Assembly: GCA_963707955.1 (NCBI GenBank)
Contig: OY970176.1
Span: forward strand, 416,001-480,000
Reading direction: 5' to 3'
Source of the DNA: Candidatus Bathyarchaeota archaeon
GTDB taxonomy: Archaea; Thermoproteota; Bathyarchaeia; Bathyarchaeales; Bathycorpusculaceae
DNA length: 64,000 nt
Positions within the stretch are counted from its first letter, which is position 1; each line of letters opens with the position of its first letter. A model generated the notes under the pieces. The model had not been told where the DNA came from. It did not search any database and saw only the letters and a list, made by a program, of their open reading frames with translations. Below are positions 57,792 through 64,000 of this stretch, one piece after another. The translations under genes and the position numbers were made by a program.

Positions 57792-60764
57792 TCAGTATGT
57801 GGTGCTCTTGCCAAAGTTCGACAGTACCAGCGTGATATCTGCCATGTTCACGATTCCGTCTGCGTTCACGTCTGACGTTATGTTCCATCTAGGGTGAGTT
57901 GGGTATGATCCGAAGGCGTTTTCGACTACGATAACGTCTGAAATGTCCACTTTGCCGTCTCCGTTGACGTCGCCCACTATTCTGACCGTTACGTTGCTGA
58001 CGTTCAGAGCGTTGTTTGTCACGTTTATGTCGTAGGGTAGTATGCTGCACGAGCCTGTTATCGTGTAGTTGTGGGGCACTACTGCTGACGTGTTCCATGC
58101 AAAACTCACAGTGATGTGCGCTGACGGGGCTAGAAGGCTCACTTGTTGCACGCCGATGAGTTGAGTATTGTTGTAGTAGCTGCTGACGTTAAAGGTCTCT
58201 GCCAAACTTCCAAGGTTTGCAGCCGTGACGTTTACCTGCATCACACCGCCTTGATAAACCCAGTTTGAGGACCAGTATGAGGACGTGGTCACCATGGTTA
58301 CGGCTAGGTCCCTCATGGCAACGGTGATTGTACCGCTTACGAGTACGTTGTTGGCTGTGTTGTTCTCGTACGGCAGGACAGTGCATGCCCCAGTTATAGT
58401 GTAGTTGCCCAATGGGACTAGAGTAGTGTTCCAAATGAAGGTCAACGTAATGTCCGCTGATGGCGCAAGGGCCGTTACGTGCTGAGTGCCTATCAATCCG
58501 AGAACGGATGATGCGTTTACGTCGAAGCTTTCCGCCATGTTGCCGAGGTTTTCGGCTGTCACGCTTATGCTAAATAGTTGTCCTTCGTAGGCGATGCTGG
58601 ATGATGGAAGCACGTTGATTATAACCAAGTCTTGGATTAGTTTTATTATCTGTACGTTGCCGTCAACGCATATGTTATTCGTCAGGTTGTACTCGTACGG
58701 GACTGTTGATGCAATGCCCGTTATGGTATAGTTTCCTTCTGGTACTACTGTGGTGTTCCATGTGATTGTAGCCGTGTAGTAAGCGCCAGGGGGCAAGGCC
58801 ACGATTGGAGCGGTTCCGATTATTGAATAGTTGTAGTATGCATATGCGGTGAACGTTTCAGTTATGTTTCCCAAGTTGGCGACGGTCACGCTGATGTTGT
58901 TTGTAAATCCCTGAAACGTCAGGTTAGATGAAGGCCCGACGTCGGTGACTGCAACATCCCGTATTATGTTGGCGAAAAGCCCGTTGAACGTGTTATGAGG
59001 TGTTGGGTTTAAGAAATTGTCCAAAAGCTGCGTGTCGGTGAGGTTTAGCGGTGATATTCCGTAGGCGTTAACGTAGAAGTAGAACCTAGCTATCGGAGCA
59101 GGTGAAGATGTGCTGATCGGATTTGAGTAGTTGAAGGTTTCAGTGACCCATGCATAGCCTGCGTTACCGTCCATTGTTGTAGTGAGGATCGGATATTGGC
59201 CTTGAACCTGAAAAGTCTGGATGCCGTAGCTACTTATGATGGAGGGCACGTAGGTGAGGTTGAACACGCATGTTGTCAGGTTCGTGACGTTGGCTATTGT
59301 GATGTTAATGCTGAAGATTGATGATGGTCCTAACGTTAGGTCCATGATGTTGGAGGGGTCAACGTATATTGCGGCTCCTGTTGGCATCGTTGCCGTCAAG
59401 GAGGCAATCGCTGAGTTTACGTCAGTTCCGTTGCTGTCTGTAACGGACAGGAACACGGTGTCAGATTCAACCGCTGCAGCTGTGTAGTTCCAACTGTTTG
59501 ATGTTGCGCCTGGGACGAAGGTTCCGTTCAAGAACCATTGGAAACTGTACGGTGCCACTCCTCCGCTGACTGTTGAAGTGAACGGTGCCGTTTGGCCAAC
59601 GTTTATCGCCGTTGAAAGTGGGCTTATGGAAACTAGAAGTGGCGGAGGCGTGTAAGGTTGTACGTTGCTAAAGTAACCGTCGGTTTCCGTGCTGCTGATA
59701 GGAGCGCTCGAAGAAGTGTAGAGCCGTATTGCCCTCAACTCTATCGCAGTTGTACCGTTGGCTAAAACTTGGAACGTTACAGTGGCAAGCGAACCGTTTC
59801 CGAAAGCGCCAACATCTCCTCCGAGCAGTGTACAGGACAAGACCACCTGGCCGTCCGTAGCGTTGAAGCTCTGAGTGATGCTTGACGCGAAGCTTGTTGT
59901 CCCAACGCTATTTAGAAAGCTTCCTTCCGCCGCGTTGGTTGCGTTCAAGACTGTGTTGTTGTAATATATGTCTATGCTCCAGTTGAAAAGGTCGGTGGCG
60001 TTCATAATAGTGATGTTCAGGCTGAAACTGCTTGGCGGCCCCAGCGTGTAGTTAACTACGGTCGATGGGTTAAAAGCCAATCTGGCTGTTTGAAGAGTCA
60101 GTGGATAGTAGTAGACGAAGCTTCCGGTGTTCAGTCCCGGTACTTCCGACCCGCTTGGCCAAAAGTAAGCGGTTGTCCATACAGGGTCGAATGTGAAAAG
60201 GGAACTTGCTTGCGGACTGGTTGAGTTTACCTGCTTGATTATTTGGAACTCTATTTGAGCCATTGTGCCTGTGCCGTTGAAGCTCCAAGGAGGCGTAGGT
60301 TGCGTATATGCGGCGCCATACTGTATTTCTTGGTGAGTAGCATCGACGGGTGCAACTACTGGCGAAGGCGATATCAAACTTCCACCCGCGTCCACAGCGC
60401 CCGCAAACACGTTGTTGGTTGGAAGCCAGGCTCTGACAAACTGTAGGGTGGTGTTGTCGTAGATTATGCCTATGCCCCATCCGAACAGGCTTGTCACGTT
60501 GGTCACTGTGACGTTCATGAAGAACGTTGAGTCGAAGCTTGTTTCATTGCTGTAGAAGATGAAGTTTGAGGTGTTATAGTCGCGCACTGTTGAGGATGCG
60601 TTCCACCTTGACGGGTAACTGCTGGGCCCGGGGTTTATGATAGAAAACTGCTCTGGCGGCGGCTGAGCCTTGGCGACAAGCATGAACGAAGCTGCCTGAA
60701 CCAAAAGCGCGAACAAAATCAAACTCGCAAGCGCTACTTTCCCAAATTTCTTCCTATATATCAT
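57792..60764 (-). CDS. Scaffoldin-like protein: 3 cohesin-like + Ig + 3 CARDB + C-terminal dockerin
   Basis: Repeated 'N.T.LF.W...Y.NT.L' cohesin-like modules, 'RDVAVT..N.G...ETF.V' CARDB, GDVNGDGKVDISD / SDVNADGIVNMAD. Confidence 0.85.
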   Translation of the reverse strand: MIYRKKFGKVALASLILFALLVQAASFMLVAKAQPPPEQFSIINPGPSSYPSRWNASSTVRDYNTSNFIFYSNETSFDSTFFMNVTVTNVTSLFGWGIGIIYDNTTLQFVRAWLPTNNVFAGAVDAGGSLISPSPVVAPVDATHQEIQYGAAYTQPTPPWSFNGTGTMAQIEFQIIKQVNSTSPQASSLFTFDPVWTTAYFWPSGSEVPGLNTGSFVYYYPLTLQTARLAFNPSTVVNYTLGPPSSFSLNITIMNATDLFNWSIDIYYNNTVLNATNAAEGSFLNSVGTTSFASSITQSFNATDGQVVLSCTLLGGDVGAFGNGSLATVTFQVLANGTTAIELRAIRLYTSSSAPISSTETDGYFSNVQPYTPPPLLVSISPLSTAINVGQTAPFTSTVSGGVAPYSFQWFLNGTFVPGATSNSWNYTAAAVESDTVFLSVTDSNGTDVNSAIASLTATMPTGAAIYVDPSNIMDLTLGPSSIFSINITIANVTNLTTCVFNLTYVPSIISSYGIQTFQVQGQYPILTTTMDGNAGYAWVTETFNYSNPISTSSPAPIARFYFYVNAYGISPLNLTDTQLLDNFLNPTPHNTFNGLFANIIRDVAVTDVGPSSNLTFQGFTNNISVTVANLGNITETFTAYAYYNYSIIGTAPIVALPPGAYYTATITWNTTVVPEGNYTITGIASTVPYEYNLTNNICVDGNVQIIKLIQDLVIINVLPSSSIAYEGQLFSISVTAENLGNMAESFDVNASSVLGLIGTQHVTALAPSADITLTFIWNTTLVPLGNYTITGACTVLPYENNTANNVLVSGTITVAMRDLAVTMVTTSSYWSSNWVYQGGVMQVNVTAANLGSLAETFNVSSYYNNTQLIGVQQVSLLAPSAHITVSFAWNTSAVVPHNYTITGSCSILPYDINVTNNALNVSNVTVRIVGDVNGDGKVDISDVIVVENAFGSYPTHPRWNITSDVNADGIVNMADITLVLSNFGKSTTY

Positions 60765-60837
60765 ATCCTTCTCCCTTCGATGTTAAGATGAGTTTGGCGG
60801 TTCATTTAAGATTTTTGGTTTTTGTTCGATTTTTTTT

Positions 60838-62403
60838 CTAAATGTATTTTCCGAAGTTTACGAGAACGATGACGACGTCGCTCATGTCGACTTTTCCCTG
60901 TTGGGTTATGTCGCACGCTGGGTTCCAGTTTGGCTTGCTTGGTGTTGAGCCGAACGCTATTAGAACCAGCACCACGTCTGCCATGCTAACCCTTCCGTCA
61001 CCGTTCACGTCTGGGCTTAGTTGTTGCGGTTTAGTCAGAACGTATACTGTGTTCACTGCAGAGCTCTGTGAGCCTAGTGAGTCTGTGATTGTCAGCGTGA
61101 CCGTTGCGTTGATTGAATTTTGATAGATGTGGGTTATCGTTGGTTGAGACGTGTTCTGTACGGTTCCATCCCCGAAGTTCCACTGAAAGTTTACTATCGT
61201 CGTGTAGCCTGTTCCGTTCCATCCGGGTCGTGATGTTGTAGCGTTAAACGTCGCTGTCTGTAATACTATGGGGAACTGTGCGGTCCACGTGAAGGCGGCT
61301 GTCGGTGCTAGTGTGCTGTTGACCCGGATGGACTGTGATATCGTGTTCGAAAGGCTCTGGTTGTCTGTCACGTTCAGCGTCACCGTGTAGGTCATGTTCG
61401 AGTTGAAAGTGTGTGTTACTCTCGGGGTCGGCGGGTTATTGAATGTGCCTTTGTTTATCACCATTGGCGTTCCATCTCCAAAATTCCATGCATATTGAAT
61501 TATTGTGTTGTTGAACCCATGCGCAAGCGAGGGTGACCCGTCGAATGTTGTGGCAAGGTTCACGGCAGTTGGGTCTGGGCTATAAACGTAGCTTGCAACT
61601 GGAGGAAGTGCCTTGGCTGTTAAGCTGAAACTCAGGTTAACAGTGACTGGCCCGCCGTTCTGGTAATTCGTTGTGGCATAAACGGTCCACGTGCCCGGTT
61701 GGGCTAGCGACATGGATATCGGCAGGGTGAAGTTTGGTGGTGTTGGGTTCTGAGGAGCAGGTGTCGAGGGCGTCACAATCGTGAAGTTGGCTTGTGCTTC
61801 TGGGCAGAGAGGATACCCTCCGTCTTGAGGTGCCTGAGTGTACACATTTGCGTACACGTTCGTAAGGCCTGTTGGTGCGTTGACGGGTATGTAGATTGAT
61901 GATTGAAAGGTTTCGAGAGTAAATGCCTCCAGTTGAGTTACGCCGAATGGATAATAAGCTTCATAAGGAATGTTGTTTGAGAATTGAATGTACAGGGCTG
62001 GCATGACGTATATTGGACTGCTACCGTTGTCGATCATCAGAATTCTCACGTTTGCCGTAGAGCCCCTTTGGAAGAGCGTTTTAGGGTTTCCCAGCGAGTC
62101 GCAAGAGTATACTGCTGTTATGATGACTGGCCACCCTGAACTTGGTACTGTGCCGGTGCTTACGGTTCTGAGAACCATAGTATTGCCGCCTGGAGACACC
62201 ATCTGAACCGCGACTAAAGCATCACTTACCAGACCGGTGCCGTACGTGACGTTTCCGGTTATGTGCACGGTGTCTCCTGTCTGATAAGTCGTATGATCAG
62301 TAGACACGTTCACGAAAAGAAAAGTTGCCTGCGCCGAGTGAAGCAAGACCAAACCTGAAGCAAGCACAAGCAACAAGGGTATGATTTTCTTTTGAAACTT
62401 CAT
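60838..62403 (-). CDS. Secreted PKD-domain protein with C-terminal dockerin
   Basis: Signal peptide, two WNFGDG PKD, DVNGDGRVSMAD / CDITQQGKVDMSD. Confidence 0.85.
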   Translation of the reverse strand: MKFQKKIIPLLLVLASGLVLLHSAQATFLFVNVSTDHTTYQTGDTVHITGNVTYGTGLVSDALVAVQMVSPGGNTMVLRTVSTGTVPSSGWPVIITAVYSCDSLGNPKTLFQRGSTANVRILMIDNGSSPIYVMPALYIQFSNNIPYEAYYPFGVTQLEAFTLETFQSSIYIPVNAPTGLTNVYANVYTQAPQDGGYPLCPEAQANFTIVTPSTPAPQNPTPPNFTLPISMSLAQPGTWTVYATTNYQNGGPVTVNLSFSLTAKALPPVASYVYSPDPTAVNLATTFDGSPSLAHGFNNTIIQYAWNFGDGTPMVINKGTFNNPPTPRVTHTFNSNMTYTVTLNVTDNQSLSNTISQSIRVNSTLAPTAAFTWTAQFPIVLQTATFNATTSRPGWNGTGYTTIVNFQWNFGDGTVQNTSQPTITHIYQNSINATVTLTITDSLGSQSSAVNTVYVLTKPQQLSPDVNGDGRVSMADVVLVLIAFGSTPSKPNWNPACDITQQGKVDMSDVVIVLVNFGKYI

Positions 62404-62516
62404 AATGCAATCCCACACTTTTTCGTGTGTGCTCAACAAGATAAGCATTATGGAATGTTATTCTATTCCTGGCTAAACAAAAATAAAAAGGGGGGAAATA
62501 TGTTTTTCTCAGTTTA

Positions 62517-64000
62517 CTATGGCGGTGCTACTATTGCGAAAGTCGTGTCTGCTTCTGGACAGTACGGCACTCCGCCGAAGATTGGATAGTTGCTGAAAGC
62601 GTCAGCGTAAGCCGTTCCTTGTCCAACAACCGCGTTTGTAGTCAAGGGTATTACGAATTCATCTGTCCACACGTTGGGTACGTTCCAGGTTCCTGTCACC
62701 GGTATCAGCTTAGATATCTCTGCATGGCCTATGAAGAATCCTAGATTATCAAAGGCGCTCACGGTTTCAAGCACTGTGATATTGTAGTATACGGTCACGT
62801 TGTATACTTCCAGGGGGCTCACGCCTTCGCCTCCGTAGGCGAGCGGCGGGTAGGTATTCTGCATCTGGTACGTCTCGTACGTCACCGTGAATTTCATAGC
62901 GGGCTCTGTACCTGGGCCGTACTTGCTCTGCACGTATGTATCGTTCGATACGATGCTCAGTATAGAGACTGGGTATTGTACCTCGAATTGCATTATGTCC
63001 ATGACTTCCCCTTGAGCTATTTCCGTAGTTGCATACGCGGTCCAGATGCCCAGAACTTGTTGTGGGTCAACGCATGGCCATGGAATTCTATAGCAAACCA
63101 TTGCTATACCGTTAGAATCCGAAAACGCGCTCAGGAAAATGGGCCCGTCTAATTCTGTTGCAGTTGCAGGTGGCACTATTTCGAAGCCCACCGGTTTCTG
63201 TTGCACAGGGAAGCCGTTGTAGGTCACGTTGGCGTAAAGACACACTTCTGCTTGTGGTGCGAACGCGTCGCTCGGTCTGGCCGGTCCTTGTCCACCGTAC
63301 GGCGATGGATACTGGTCGTACAGGTCTACCGCCCTGCCCGTTACTATCTGAGGAGCAGTGTACGAGCCGTCTATCTGTGGTGCGATGTTGATTGGTTGGT
63401 CAAAGGCGTTGTAACATTCCATGTCGTGAAGTGTGAGCGGTATGGTGAGTATTGCTGGGAATAGTGTGCCGATGGCTGCTTGGAACTCGAATGTGTAGAG
63501 TACGCCTCCTCCGCTTGGAAACGGTGCATACCATAGCCCACCAGTGCCGGGCACTATTGCCTCGAACGCCAACCACTTGTTGTAGCCAGGTCCAGGCAAT
63601 GAAAAGTCAGCTGGATAATAGAAGTCGTCTTCAGCAGCGTTGATGGCTGTTTCGCCGTTGGTTAAGAACCCGTTTATCCATGTTCCAGGGAAGGATGCTA
63701 TGGGCGTAATGACCGACTGGTTGAACCATAGGCTAAACTGGAAGCCGATGATCGACCATGCTGCACTTACATTGCCGACATACACGCTTATGTTAAAGAG
63801 TTGGCCAACCGTTAGAGCCGCGTACGTCGATGGTACAACGTAGAAGTACGGATAGGTTGTTGGTGCAATCCAGTCAAACTCGAAGTAGCCCGTTCCCATG
63901 TTGTTCGCTGGCCCTTCCGATCCCGATGGATAGAAGTATAGACTTGTCCAAGCTGGGTCGAACGAGAATGCTGCACTTATGTTGTTGTTCACGATGGTCG
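62517..64000 (-). CDS. Cohesin-like surface protein (5' end outside window)
   Basis: FDPAWTSLYFYPSGSE shared with neighbours; IIGFQFSLWFNQSVI cohesin-like module; PYGGQG motif. Confidence 0.78.
   Translation of the reverse strand, partial: TIVNNNISAAFSFDPAWTSLYFYPSGSEGPANNMGTGYFEFDWIAPTTYPYFYVVPSTYAALTVGQLFNISVYVGNVSAAWSIIGFQFSLWFNQSVITPIASFPGTWINGFLTNGETAINAAEDDFYYPADFSLPGPGYNKWLAFEAIVPGTGGLWYAPFPSGGGVLYTFEFQAAIGTLFPAILTIPLTLHDMECYNAFDQPINIAPQIDGSYTAPQIVTGRAVDLYDQYPSPYGGQGPARPSDAFAPQAEVCLYANVTYNGFPVQQKPVGFEIVPPATATELDGPIFLSAFSDSNGIAMVCYRIPWPCVDPQQVLGIWTAYATTEIAQGEVMDIMQFEVQYPVSILSIVSNDTYVQSKYGPGTEPAMKFTVTYETYQMQNTYPPLAYGGEGVSPLEVYNVTVYYNITVLETVSAFDNLGFFIGHAEISKLIPVTGTWNVPNVWTDEFVIPLTTNAVVGQGTAYADAFSNYPIFGGVPYCPEADTTFAIVAPP

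Overview
Archaeal chromosomal window, most likely Bathyarchaeia. This is inferred from unsplit RpoB, fused RpoA'/A'', rpl30e-nusA synteny, an intron-containing tRNA and many dockerin/cohesin/CARDB/PKD surface proteins. It holds three tRNAs (Arg-TCG, Ile-GAT, and Leu-CAA with a D-loop BHB intron), an nrdR-nrdD-nrdG operon with an NrdR box, a relocated RPB5-like long Rpo5, and the rpoB-rpoA-rpl30e-nusA operon. An acyl-CoA cluster contains two thiolase/DUF35 pairs, a Cys->Ser type III PKS-like enzyme, an isobutyryl-CoA-mutase-like B12 mutase, MeaB and CobO. A translationally coupled operon encodes a short Smc5/6-like ATPase, a candidate kleisin and an Nse1/Nse3-like KITE. The last ~18 kb encode secreted or anchored cohesin/dockerin/PKD proteins. 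Non-coding signals include a ~200-bp GCGCGC-bounded MITE-like repeat in two copies and (GC)n palindromes, one exactly at a gene-fragment junction. Several single-base frameshifts in otherwise intact genes suggest long-read assembly errors. All protein assignments come from motif recognition by eye; no database searches were run.
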